Below are positions 35,610 to 49,214 of a DNA stretch of 64,000 nt, piece by piece. The stretch comes from Hemiscyllium ocellatum (taxonomy: Eukaryota): assembly GCF_020745735.1 (NCBI RefSeq), contig NC_083405.1, forward strand, positions 58,804,345-58,868,344. Reading direction: 5' to 3'. Position 1 is the first letter of the stretch, and every line of letters begins with the position of its first letter. The notes under the pieces are model-generated. The model had not been told where the DNA came from and did no database searches. It worked only from the letters and a program-made list of their open reading frames with translations. The translations under genes were made by a program, and so were the position numbers.

Positions 35610-38600
35610 TTAGCTATGAGGACAGATTGGAGTTGTTTTCGTGGAACAGAGGAAACTGAGAGGGGACATGATTGGGATGTATAAAGTTGAGAGGCATAGA
35701 TAGAAAGAAACATTTCCCATTTATGGAGGGATTAACAACCAGTAGGCATAGATTAAAGATAAGAGGTTGAAGGTTTAGAGGTGGTGTCAGAAAAAAATCT
35801 TTCCATCCAGAGATTGGTGGGAAATTGAAACTTATTGTCTGTAAGGGTGGCATAAAAACCCTCATAATATTTAAGTAGTATTTAGATGTAAAGTTTACAG
35901 GGATGTTGCCAGGGCTAAAGGGTTTGAGCTGTAGGGGAAGGTTGAATAGCCTGAAAGCTGTTAGCCCTGGAGCATTGGAGGTTTATTAAATCATGAGGGG
36001 CCAACAACATGGTAAATAGATAAATTCCCTGGGGTGGGGGCGCCCAGAAGTAGAGGGCATAGGCTGAGGGTAAGAGGGGAAAAATTTAAAAGGGACTTAA
36101 GGGGCAACTTTTTCACACAGAGGGTGAGGCCGATAAAATCACAACATTTAAAAGGCATCTGGACGGGTATATGGATAGAAAGGATTTAGAGGGACATGAG
36201 CCAAGTGCTGGCAAATGTGACTAGATCAGTTTAGGGTATCTGGTCGGCATGGCCGAGTTGGAGAGAAGGGGCTGTTTCCATGCTGTGCATCCCAATGATT
36301 ATGATTTTACGTGCACATGCAATACCAAGAAATACAAGGCTATGAGCCAAATGCTAGAAAATTGGATTAGAATACTTCTGTAGTTATTTTTGACCAGCAC
36401 AGATGGGTTGGGCTGAATGATCATGTTTTCAGTGCTGTAGATCGCTTTTACTCTAAGACTAATTACATTGCAGGATGTAATCTATAGTCCAGCAACTAAT
36501 GAGAAAGATTAGAACAGAGTTTTAGAGAAATTACAGACATGACAAAATTATAACAGTTATAATGGGGGATTTCAATTGCCTAAACATAGTCTTGAATATT
36601 GGCAGTGGAAGGAACATAGGGGCAAGTGCTCATCGGTTGCAGGAGGGAGTTTCCTAATGCAGTATGGATCAGTCCAACAAGAAAGAATGCACTGTTGTTG
36701 AAAATGAAGTGGGCCAAGTTGATCACGAGTCAGTGGGGGAGCATCTAGAAGACTGTGATCATTGTACTGTGAAGTTCAGGTTAACAGTGGAGAATGACTG
36801 AGTAACCAACTGTCACTAGAAAGGTTCAAAATAAATAAGGAAAAAGTGTTGTATAGACTGTTGGTACCTAAAGTTGACAAGGTGCCAATTCTGGATGAGA
36901 TGCATCCAAGGATATCAAATGCAGTGTGTGTGTGCAAAGTGCCGGAGTACTGGCCATAATCTTGCAGTTCCAGAAGAATGTCATTATTCAAGAAAGGTTG
37001 AGCTAATTGCTGGACTATTTCTAACAAACAGTAGAACATCTCAGTGGCGGGAAGCTTCTGGAAACAATTTTACAGAAGAGAATTAGTAGTCTCATGGAAA
37101 AGATGGGTTGGTTAGGATGAACCAGCATGGATTTCAGAAGGAGAAATCATCCCTGACTAACAGTTTTTACTGAGAAGATAACAGAAAGGCTCAATGGGGT
37201 AGAGGTTATTGATGTGCACATGAACTTACCAGTATTTCATGCAGAGCCACTCTAACTTCAAAAGAAAGTTACAGACCATAGAAAAGGGACAGTAGCAACA
37301 TGGATATAGAATAAGCTAAGTGATAGGAAACAGAAAGCCACATTCAATGGACATTTTTCAGGCTGCAGTGAGGTTAAGAGTCACGTTCCCCAGGTGATGA
37401 TATTAGGACTCTTGCTTTTCATGATATATTAACGACCTGGATTATTGGCGTGCAGGGAACAATTTCAAAGTTTGCAGATGAAGAAAAACAAAAGAATTGT
37501 GATGGTGAGGAAGACATAAACAAGTTGGTGGAGCGTGTATAAATGGTAAATGAATTCAATGCAGAGAAATGTGAAGTGATGCATTCGGGTAGGAATAACA
37601 TAGAAAAGCAAATAAAATAGATGATATAATTCCACAGGGGATGGAGGAGCAAAAAGAAACCTGCATGTTTGTATGCAGTTCAGTGAACGGGCAGGACAAG
37701 TTAACAAAGAATATAGTATCCTCAGGTTTGTTAACAGGGACATGGGGTTTAAGAGCAAGGAGAGAATGGTGAACTTATACAAGGCGTTTTTAGACCTCAG
37801 CTGGAGTACTGTACACAGTTCTGAACACATGGTAAGGAGGACGTGAACACTGGCCAGAGTGCAGGAGTGATTTATAAGAATGGCTCCAATGATGAGAAAT
37901 GTCAGTTATGGAATAAATTGAACAGGTTGAGATTGATCTCTTTGAAGAGATGAAGGCTAAGAGGAGACTTGGTAGAGGTTTTCAAAATTATGAGCAGGTT
38001 GGGTGAAGTAGATAGGGAGAAACTGTTCCTGCTCACAAAAGGAACAAGAATGAGGGGACATAGATTTAAACTGATTTCCAAAAGAAGCGAATAGTCACAG
38101 TTGAGGTGCCGGAAGACTGGAGGTTGGCAAACGTGGTGCCACTGTTTAAGAAGGGCGGTAAGGACAAATCAGGGAAATATGAGGGGCATGGATAGGGTAA
38201 ATAAGCAAAGTATTTTCCCTGGGGTCGGGGAGTCCAGAACTAGAGGGCATAGGTTTAGGGTGAAAGGAGAAAGATATAAAAGAGACCTAAGGGGCAACTT
38301 TTTCACACAGAGGGTGGTACATGTATGGAATGAGCTGCCAGAGGAATTGGTGGAGGTTGGTACAATTGCAACATTTAAGAGGCATTTGGATGGGTATGTG
38401 AATAGGAAGGGTTTGGAGGGATATGGGCCAGGTGTTGGCAGGTGGGACGAGATTAGGTTGGGATAACTGGTCAGCATGGACGGATTGGACCGAAAGGTCT
38501 GTTTCCATGCTGTACATCTCTATGACTCTAAGTAGTTAGGATTTGGAATGTCCTGACTGGATGCGCGATGGAAGCTAGTCCAGCATACGCACTCAAAAGG

Positions 38601-38730
38601 GCAGGGCTAATTGTTTGGATAGAAATAATACACATTGGTATGGCAGGAGATTGGCACGAGGTAATGATGCTTATTTAAACATTCATAAACCCCACAATGG
38701 ACTAAATAGCCTCCTTCTGTGCCATAACAC
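35610..38730 (+). mobile_element. Cluster of nested CR1/HER1 fragments
   Basis: Several CR1 3' ends and an old ORF2; a younger HER1 piece at about 38090-38530 (VVHVWNELPEELVEVG). Confidence 0.78.
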
Positions 38731-40632
38731 TTCAATGATACATCTATTGGGTTCCCTCTACCTGTTCTATTAGACATATTGTCAAATAGTTTGACAGAGG
38801 AACAATCCTATATTAACATGTTCTAATTATACCAAGCTTTTCTAACAGCGTTGTAAAGATTTACTTAACAATAAGTTCCCAATGATTGAAATCAGGCTCA
38901 CTAACCCATTGTTCCCATCTTTCAATCTCTCTCCTTTCCTGAATGGTGATGTAATAGTTACTAATTTCCAATCCGCTGTGACAATTTGAAAATGTGGAAA
39001 ATTGTTGCCAATGCCTTCACTGTCTCAGGCCTACCTTTAGAACTCCAGTTTTATGATTATACACAATGGGGATTTATCAAATTTTAATTCCATACATTTC
39101 TCCAATAATTGTTTCTTTGTTAACTGCTGATATTAATTATCTTCAGTTCCTCACTGTTCTTATCTCATCAGTTACCCTCCATTTGTGCGAAGTTGTGCAG
39201 TCTACTTGACATTGAACAAAAATTCTGGGCCTACTGTCATTTCTTCATTCTCCAGAATGCAATCTCTTGTTTCTGCTTCAAAAGCTCCAATGTTTACTTC
39301 AGCTACTCTTCGCAGATAATTGTAAAAATTCTTGCAATGTACTTTATTTTTCTATCTCTCTCACACAATTTATTTTTCTTATTAATAAACTTAATCATGG
39401 CCTTTCACCAGTTTATGAAGAATATCTCGATCCTCAAACTGATGGCTAATCCTTGTAACAATATAAACCTGGTCTTACCTTGCTAATTTTTTAATGGAAT
39501 ATATTTTCTTGAACATTTTGAATAGGCTCTTGAAATGTTTTCGATTTTTTATTTAAATGCCATACCTTTTATTCTATTTAGCCATGCAATCTGGTCCAGA
39601 ACTATCACCCATGCGTATAGGCTTTTTCAAAGTTTAACATTCTTGTTTGGAACTTGAGTATGTCACTTTTAAACAAATGTTATCCAACTGTATTATCATC
39701 ACTATTTCACAGTGAATTTTTGCTAACAGATTGCTAATTAATTCCATCTCACTGCATAATATGTTACTCAAAATAACATTTTCCCTAGCTGGTTCCATTG
39801 TATATTGCTCCTGGAAATGATCACAAATCCATTCTACAAACTCATCTGCCAGACCGCTCATGTCAGTTTGTCCAGTCTATGAAGACTTAAGACCCCAGAA
39901 ATTACACTGCCTCCCATCAAGGCTTGCGACCCTGGCTATTCCTAGTCCCCATCCACAAAAATTGTACTTCCTGATATTGAAGCCAAGACCCTTGATCTAC
40001 AAGGCCCTTATAGCTTCTATTTCTCCTTTGCCATCTGTCTTTTTAAAAGATCAATCTTGATTGCCATTTTAGATTGCATCAAATTAAGGAAAACCTTTCC
40101 AAATAAAATACAAAAGCACTTTATTTTCATACCTGAAATCACTCCAATTCTCTTGTAGACAATATGCCTGTCCTCATAACTTTCACAGGCAAAAGATTTG
40201 TTGACGTGATTATAAAAATCCTACAAAACAATTTGTAATTTCTATTTCTATTTCTGTGACAGACACTAAACTTTTCATAGTACAGCTGACAAGAGGATCA
40301 CATATTGATAAAAGACAGAGGTGCACTACCATTCCATGATGTACTAGGGAAAATTAGCATGTTATATTACTTCAAAAGAGGGACACTTCAACAATTTAAT
40401 GTAAATTCTGCAATAATAACCACTCTATACCAAAAAGAACTGAAGATCACACTTGGCTTTTACTGCTCTCACAAATTTTCCCATCAAGCTGACTTGCACA
40501 GCTTTGAGGGAGCTAGCCCCATGGAGCATTTGATCTTCTACTTGTAACCATTTAACTGCAACACCAGAAATACACCTACGAACAGATTATCACAGATGAA
40601 AAGCAGCAGGAATGGAAATAAACCTTCAAGAT

Positions 40633-41305
40633 AATAGAGTCATAGAGATGTACAGCATGGAAACAGGCCCTTCGGTCCAACCCATCCATGCTGACCAGAT
40701 ATCCCAACCCAATCTCGTCCCACCTGCCAGAACCCGGCCCATATCCCTCCAAACCCTTCCTATTCATATACCCATCCAAATGCCTCTTCAATGTTGCAAT
40801 TGTACCAGCCTGCCCAAGCCTGTTAAGCCTCTCCCTATAACTCAAATCTTCCAACCCTGGTAACATCCTTGTAAATCTTTTCTGAATCCTTTCAAGTTTC
40901 ACAACATCTTTCCGATAGGAAGGAGACCAGAATTGCACACACTATTCCAACAGTGATCTAACCCATGTCCTGTACAGCCGCAACATGACCTCCCAACTCC
41001 TGTACTCAATACTCTGACCAATAAAGGAAAGCATACCAAACACCACCTTCACTATCCTATCTACCTGCGATTCCACTTTCAAAGAGCTACGAACCTACAC
41101 TCCAGGGTCTTTTTGCTCAGCAACACTCCCTCGGACCTTACCATTAAGTGTATAAGTCCTGCTAAGATTTGCTTTCCCAAAATGCAGCACCTCGCATTTA
41201 TCTGAATTAAACTCCATTTGCCACTTCTCAGCCCATTGGTCCATCTGTCAAGATCCTATTGTAATCTGAGGTAACCCTCTTCGCTGTCCACTACACCTCC
41301 AATTT
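40633..41305 (-). mobile_element. HER1/CR1 3' fragment with internal deletion
   Basis: QFWSPSYRKDVVKLERIQKRFTRMLPGL; HER1 tail. Confidence 0.88.
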
Positions 41306-41546
41306 GTTAGAACAGGTATTTTGCCGAGAGTCACTCATGTGAACTTTTCCCCTGTACCCTTCCGCTAGATAAATCTGTGCCCTGCAAGTTAGTAAAACTG
41401 CAAACGGATAGTTATGTGGGAAAATCAACAGAGCAGGTGGGACAGTGGTGAATAACAAGTTCTTCCCACATTTAAAAATTGAGAGAAAACACAATGAAAG
41501 GAGGAAATAAGGTGAACCAGAGTCAAATCCAGTAAGGAAGGAATAA

Positions 41547-41875
41547 GGGCAGCATGCTGGCTCAGTGGTTAGCACTGCTGCCTTACAGCGCTAGGGACCC
41601 AGGTTCGATTCCCACCTCAATTGACTGTCTATGTGGAGTTTGCACATTCTCCCAGTCTCTATGTGGGTTTTCTCTGGATCCACCAGTTTCCTCCCACAGT
41701 CCAAAGATGTGCAGGTCAAGTGAATTGGCCATGCTAAACTACCCATAGTGTTAGGTGCATTAGTCAGGGATAAATCCTAGGATAGGGAAATGGGTCTGGG
41801 TGGGTAACTCTCCAAAGGGTCGGTGTAGACTTGTTGGGCTGAAGGGCCTTTTCCCATACTGTAGGGATCAAATCA
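41547..41875 (+). mobile_element. Full-length HE1-type V-SINE
   Basis: Pol III A box TGGCTCAGTGG (41558-41568), B box GGTTCGATTCC (41602-41612), central V-domain-like core, 3' tail resembling the HER1 LINE tail. Confidence 0.9.
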
Positions 41876-42049
41876 AAAAGGCGAAGGAAGGTTTGATTGA
41901 GAATAAAGAAAAAGGAAGTTTATTAAGAATATTAGATTTCACATATGTTTAACAACTAAAAATAAACAACACTAGAGGAGCAGAAATTTCCTCCAATTAA
42001 AAATTGGGAAGACTTAAGTCACTGTGCTTCTATATTGTTATGGATCGTA

Positions 42050-42440
42050 AGTTCAGTCCAAAGACTATGCAGCCACTTACATTCTGTCCACAAAAAAGAC
42101 CCTGAGCTCCCTGTAGCTTGCCACTTTAACACACTACCATGTTCCCTGGGCAAGATCTCTGTCTCTGGGCTGCTGCAGTGCTCCAGCGAAGCTCAGCCTG
42201 AGGTGGATAAACAGCACACATTTTCCCCTTGGGGACACTGAAGAGCCTTCAGGACTCTATACGAACTTCATTATTTTAGGGCCTGGACACCCTCGCCCAT
42301 GTCCTTACCCAGACGCACCAGGCCTTGTTGTCACATGGGCTGCTACCATAACCAACCCATTGTCAGCTAATGGTAGCCACCAGCATCAATTCATTCTGTC
42401 AGGGTGATCTTCACCCATTCCTTTGACTGCCCAATTGACA
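42050..42440 (+). mobile_element. Neptune-like PLE GIY-YIG C-terminal remnant
   Basis: HLHSVHKKDPELPVACHFNTLPCS...VSGLLQCSSEAQ, comparable to the 33.8 kb element. Confidence 0.72.
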
Positions 42441-42609
42441 AAATCAGTGATGAAAAGAGCTGCTCCATTTCACCTGCACTTGCTATTCCTCCATTTACAG
42501 TCAGTTCCTGCATCACACTGACAGATAGAGTTGATATTGTTTTCCAAACTCCCTTGGCAGCTCCAAATATTGAAGCATATTCTAAATGGCCAATTTTAAA
42601 AACCTTTTC

Positions 42610-42790
42610 AATCCTTCCGTGGCCTCTTCAGTCCTAAGATCTTATTTGCTACAGCCCACAACCCTCTGACATGTCTGCGCTGATCCTGTCCTAGCCTCCT
42701 GAGTAGCCTTAATTTCAGCTGCTCCGGAATCTTTAACGTCCCACACCTCTCCACCCTGCTTTCCTCCTTTAAGCTACTTCTTTGAGTTAT
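42610..42790 (+). mobile_element. Possible L2 LINE 3' fragment
   Basis: cagcccacaaccctc...ctgcgct and ctttcctcctttaag resemble L2 3' ends (pattern recall only). Confidence 0.45.
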
Positions 42791-44419
42791 AGCATACAAA
42801 AGTAAGCAATATACCAGACTTTTACTGTTAAAATTGGTCAAGCCTCAACTGGAGAACTGCATTCACTCAATTCTGGGCATCACGCATAACTAAGACTGCT
42901 TGAACGGTACGTGAAATAAATTTACTGAAATTACTACCAAGGCTGAAGAACTTCAGGTTTGTGGAGGGACTGAAGTAGTTAGAGTTGTCTCCTTAGAGCC
43001 TGGGAAGTTTAAGAGAAGCTTTTGTAGAGAAATCCAAAATTGAAAATGGTTAAGTCCATTAGGAGAATTCTACTCCGTTCAGAAGGCTCAATAATTAGAG
43101 GATACAGATTTATGGCTAATGGTAAAAGAACCAGAGACAATGCAATTTTTTTTTAAAACAGTTAAATTTGTGGTCACCCTGCCTGAAAAGAAAGTGAAGG
43201 GCACAAATCCAACACATGAGAAAATTGGATAAGCATGTGAAAGAAAAACATTTACAGGGTTATGGAATTAACTGGATCTCTCTAGCCAACAATGCAACAA
43301 TAAACCTAATGACCTCCATGCTGTGTTCACACTGTTTATGATCCTGCATAAATCAGGTTGTATACTTAAAGTTTAAAAGCCCATTTCTTGAGTTGTTCTT
43401 CATAATTAACAAATCTGAAAACTGATTATCATTGTGCTTTCCTTTTTATCATATCCAAAGGTCTCAGGTACCTTTCTCACTTCTCAGTGAGCAGAAGAGG
43501 TGGATATGGCATTCAAGGTGTGGGCAAAACACTACAAATTTTGTCAACAACTTTCCTTCAACTCCCTTTCTTGTTTGGTTGATTGTTACTGTGCTATTTT
43601 CAGCCATTTTATAGCTGAGGTCTGCTTAAACTATCAAACCTGTTTTCTCAATAACAGCAAAATACTGTAAATGCTGCAAATCTGAAATGTAAACAGAAAA
43701 TGCTGTAGAGACATTGGAGAGAGAAAAAGAGTCAACATTTAGAATCTAATGACACTTCATCCTCAGCTGAGAGACTTCAGCCTTGGCTCAGCAATTTCTA
43801 ATAGTGCAATTCATTTTGAGCCTTTTGTAATAAAATGCTTCTGCCAATGCACTATATGTTCTGACTCATGAAAGGTGCCCTTAGACAATACAATGTTGAA
43901 TTTAATCTAGTAAACATAGAGTTGGTCAGTGCTCAGTTTGTGAATGCATCACAAATTTGTTGCAATTCAGAGAAAAGCCATTCAGCCCATTGCACCTGCA
44001 CTAACTATCCAAAGGAACACTTTATTCTGTGTCATTCTCCTCCCTTCTTCCCATAACCCTTCACATTCTTCCTTTTCCATTAATCTAATTCCCTTTTAAA
44101 TGTTTCAGTTAAACTTGCCATGACTACACTCTCAGCAATACGTTCCAGATATTAATCATTCACTGCACAAAAACAGATTTTTTACTCACGCCACTTATGC
44201 TTCTTTTACCAACTACCTTAAAATTGTGTCCTCATGGTCTCAATGTTTTCACGAATGGGAACATTTTCTCCCTTTCTCCTCAGACCAGACACCTCATGAT
44301 TTTAAATACCTCTATCAAATATATGACAAATTCACGACAAGGCAAAACACAGTTACAAATATGCTTGATTGCTATGGAACCCTTAGTAAAGGCAGTTTTG
44401 GGAAAATTAAGTCACTTAC

Positions 44420-44490
44420 CTTCTTGCATTTGTACATATGACAGCAGCCAGTTGAAGATTGGCCTGCAATGATGTAACTCTTTCAAGTTC
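44420..44490 (-). CDS. VPS50: VPS50 exon, 71 bp
   Basis: [23 protein letters not shown](R); acceptor tgcAG, donor GTaagt, ends in phase 2. Confidence 0.96.
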
Positions 44491-45539
44491 CTGCAAGAAA
44501 CACATTTTTAAAAAGACCAAGATTTAGCAGGTTTCTTGCCTTTTCTGTGAAAGCTCTGTTCTTAAAAAAAGTTATACATATGGGTATGCTAACACAAGTA
44601 CAATAAATTCAGTAATAATATTCTCCTTGAATTTTGTATTCTAGAAATAAAGTCCTAACACCTCTTCAGTGTCTCTGCAGAAGTGTTACCTGTTTTATCT
44701 TTTGAAAGCACAACTTACAATAAGCCTCAATATTTAAAATGATTAAATATTTCACAATGTCAATTCAACTAAGCTCTGCTATAATATTTCTGCTAAATGA
44801 CATAGTATTCATACAAATATACCCATATCAAGCATCCTAAGACAGCAATATTGAAGCACATATTTTGAAATGCTCTCCAGCATTTGGACTAATGTTTTCA
44901 CTGTTAAAATAAGGTCTCATATGATTATAGTGCAAGGAATTGATTGGAACATGTGCAATAAAACATAACTGCCACATCTAGGGGTTTTACTGCAGTAGTG
45001 GAAATAGATGCATACTGTCCGATTTTGAAGTAGAACCTTCAGCTGTTCTTTTTTGCATCAAGACTATTTGAGAATATAATTCCTTTATGAACCTAACCTT
45101 AAAATTTACACTCATCACAATTAATGATAATAGCAGTATTTGATGGCCTGAAATGATCTCATTAATTTAATTCTCAAACCACTAATTGGTACACTTGTCA
45201 AGGTGTTGAAAGCCTATAAATGTAAACAAATTCTTTCACTGACAAAGTTTTTGAATTCCCTCTTGATTTTAACAGGTGAAAATAAACATTTCTTTTGACA
45301 AACCCTGGATTACAAGAGGACATAAGTGTCAACTGTTTAAAATCCATTAAAGCCTATTCTAGAAAACATGACCTCCAAGGTTGTTACAGAAACAAACATG
45401 TTTTCATAAGCAGTGATAAAATCTCAAAACGTGGAAGCCAAGTTTAAACCTATGCCGAACTAGAACGTATGGTAATCATGCAGCAAGGCCTTGAACAATC
45501 AATTTTCCATCAAAACCATTCAGGCCTGAAACATGGTTC

Positions 45540-45622
45540 CTGACCTGAAGAAGGGTTGCATCCAAAACGTTGACTTCTCCGCCTATTGATGCTGGCTGGC
45601 TGGCTTGCTGTGCTCTTCCAGG
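45540..45622 (+). mobile_element. PLE tail fragment with degenerate hammerhead
   Basis: CTGAAGA-A-GGGT[TGC]ATCC-AAAA-CGTT followed by a gatgctg..tggcttgctgtg.tcttccag tail. Confidence 0.6.
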
Positions 45623-46955
45623 CCTGGAACTCCTGGCCAGGTGCTAATGGCATCATTGATTCAGAATTAATCGTTGTTTACAGCTCCAGTGAAGCTGCTT
45701 TGTTAGAAAACTGCTACCCAGATTTGGTGGCATCAACTCATTAAGAGACCAGAGGCACAGCATGACAAGGGCAGCACTTAACAGTTAAAGATTCAAAGTC
45801 ATATTCTGCTGCTTCCAAATATAGAATGCTCATCTCACTGGATCTTCCTGCACATGTCCGATTCTTTGGCATTGGACACGGGTCATAGAATCTTAGAGAA
45901 GGATGCAAATATGGTGTTGGGGTGGGGGGTGGAGGTAAGAGGAGCAGAGAGACCTGGTGCCTTAGTTCCACCTGCTTCTGTACTTTCTTCAATGATGTTT
46001 CCAGAGAGCCACCTCTGGGAGGGAGCTGAGCTGCCCAGCATCTCCAGCTCCTGGTGCCTCATGGGGAGCATCATCAGACTGACCAGGCCCAGAGACACCA
46101 CCACAGTGAGACAATCTAAACACCAAAACAAACCCTCAAAAGAGTGGGGAAGCCCAAATCAATGACTGCAAATCCCTAGCCTGCCCCAGCCTTGCTGGAC
46201 AGGTATTACCAATCCTTTCAGATAAAAAATTCAAATAGAGTGGTAGGGACCTGTGGATAGAGGGCAGCAAATCCTTGAAAGTATGTGTCAGAAGAAAATA
46301 GCTAGTGTAGATTTGAGACCGTTTACTTAGATATTAAAGCATGCTTACTGAAGACTCCTGTGAAAAAATTAATGGAACTCTATTCAAATACAATAATAGA
46401 GTTTAAACATTTTTTCCCTTGAAAAAGTGTTCAAAAAAGTTGTGTTGGACCTTCCCAAACCTTGTTGCCTTTGCCTATCTCACTGCGTCATGTGTTTGAA
46501 TTAAAAATGGTTACTGCGAAACGGTCAAAGTTAGACAGGACACATTTACCCAACTTTCACTTTACAGCAATTTCCATCTTGAATTAATTAGCTAATGATC
46601 TTTATAAACATCGGGAAATTTTAACAAGAAATTTTGGTGATTGACTTAAGTGACTCCAAATGTTTTTTTGACTGAAGAAATAAGACTCTTAGAACAAATT
46701 CAAATCACTGATTAAACATTACTCGAATGCAAATAACATAGTACACTACAGAAAACAACTTCCCATCATGAGTTAAAAAGGCAAGCTGCATTCATGCACC
46801 ATATAGTACTCTTTACAGAATGTACTGGTTCATGTGAATAAAACCAAAGTTCTAGCCACCAACAGACTAACTTCTCACTGCTCCACTGGGTCCTAACAAC
46901 CAACATCTATGGACAATAGCTCCCCTCAGTCTTCTATGAATCTCTGACCTGTACT

Positions 46956-47285
46956 GGGTGGCATGGTGGCATAATGGTTAGCATTACTGCCTCAAAGTAC
47001 CACGCACCCACATTCAATTCCAGCCTTGGACTAAACCCGATGCGGAGTTTGCATGTTCTCCCAGCATCTGTACCGGTTTCTTCTAGGTTCTCTGGTTTCC
47101 TCCCATGGGCCAAAAATGGGCTGATTAGGTGGATTGGCCTTGCTGAATTCCCTCATAGTGTTCAGGGATGTGCAGGCTAGGTAGGTTAACTGCGGTAAAT
47201 ACGGGGTAAAGTGGGATGTTCTTCAGAGGGTCAATACAGACCCAATAGGCCAAATGGCCTTTATTTACACTGTAGAGATTCTATG
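46956..47285 (+). mobile_element. Diverged HE1-type SINE
   Basis: ggtggcatggtggcataatggttagcattactgcctca head; ggagtttgcatgttctccc core. Confidence 0.8.
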
Positions 47286-49214
47286 TATTTCCAACATCCA
47301 ATGACTCCTTCCCCCTGACTACCCCAGGACAAATTTTCCCATGTCTGAACTTTGATTGCAGTCATGAAGTTGGAAGTACTGTACAAGAATAGCAAACCTC
47401 AAGGAGAACAAGAATTTATACTGTTATGAGAAAAGGGTACTGAATGACAGAGAGAAGACTGAGTGATATTGAGAGGACTCAGCATCCCTTTCCCACTTAA
47501 AATAAATTTTTGTTCCCTTTGAAATGCTTGCAATTCTTTCCTGATGACTATTAGACAAAAAAAAGCTTCAAAATGCATGTCTCTTGTTAAATCAGTAGCT
47601 TAAAATAGAGAACATGAGTATTTTCCAAAGTTATTGAATCACCACAGGTTCCATCTCAAGCAGAGGATGAGCTCACATCACCATCCTGCCCAGTGGTGGT
47701 GAGACAGCAACCTTCTCCTCTGTTGCTCTAATTTTCCTACCTTTCTCTCCAGAACAGACTCACCTAGTCCAAGGTCTCAGTCAAGTCAGGCAGCAGCGAG
47801 GCCAACTACCTCTTCCATAGACTGGTGCTTTAATAAAATAAGCAAATTCCATTCAATAAAACATGTTCTGGGTTCCTGTCCTCATGGTACCCACATCACT
47901 TTGGCTTACTGCTGGGCAGAATTAGTAAAGTTTCTTCCTCTGCTTAACTACTTTGTTTGCCTTGAACTGAAGGAGAGGCTAAAACATTCCATCTTATTTT
48001 AGCTGCTACAAATGAAATGTTTTATATTTATTTATTTTCCACTGCAGAATAAATCTATTTACTCCAAGAAATTAAATCCTACAATCTGGTATTTTTATTA
48101 AGCTGAAGTGCAGTAAGGATTGACAAGAACAGAATTATCAGTGCAATAAATTTGAGCGCTTTAATTTAAACTATACGCTTTATTTACAGATTGGATACAT
48201 TTTTGAAAAGATCGTTCAGGCAATGTGGTCTTCACTAGCTGAATTATTGATAATCCCAGGTTGTCATTAAAAAGGTGGAGCTGCCTTCTTAAATCTCTGC
48301 AGTCCATTTCATGCAGGTATTCACACTGTGTTGAGAGAGAGAAGTTCCAGGATTTTAACCCAGCAAAAAAGTGGAGGAATGGCAATATATTTCCAAGGTA
48401 GGATTACATGTGGCTTGGGAGAAAACTCCTAAGTGGTGCTGTTCCCACATAATTGCTCCCCTTGTTCATTCAAGTGGTGGTGATCACTGGTTTAGAAAGT
48501 GCTATCTCAGGAACTGTAAATTTTTGCAGTACCTCAAAGATGGCACACACTGATGTAAAGAATGTCACTCTCATCTCACCTCTGAAGTTCAACTCGTGTC
48601 CATATTTGGACAAAGGCTGGAATAATGTCAGAAACTAAGTGGCCCTGGCAGAACATAAACTGAGCATCAGTGAGCAAGTTATTGCAAAGCAGTTGCTGCT
48701 TGACTGCACTATTGATTATATCTTCCACTGCTTTACTGAAGATCAAGAGTAAACAGATGGGATACTAACTGCCTGGGTTGGATTTGCCCTGCTTTATGTG
48801 TACAGGACATATCTGAGCAACTTTCCATATTGTTGTGCACATCCCAGTGTTGGAACTGTACTAGAACAACTGTGAGATGAGTGCCAAATTTTGGAGCATA
48901 TGTTTTCAAGAAATCCATGAAATATTGTCAGAACGCAGGCTTCGCAGATTCTAGTTTTTGCCATTTGTGATGTGGAGTGAAGTGTATTAACTGAAGATTG
49001 GCATACACAATGCTGAACCTCTGTAGGAAGCCAAGAAGAATCATCCACTCAGTACTTCTGGTTGAAAACTGATGCAAGTCTTCAATCTCATCTTGAACAA
49101 TAATAGGCTGCCTCCCACACCATTATGCGTGGTGGCTCCTGTGGAACCTCCTCTTCCAGTGAAGTGCTTAAAGTCCATTACCATTGGCCAGACTGCACTT
49201 CTCAGATTCGAAAA

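Noticed and set aside
41547-41620. tRNA gene (A and B boxes present)
   Set aside because: It continues directly into a SINE core and LINE-derived tail; it is the HE1 SINE head.
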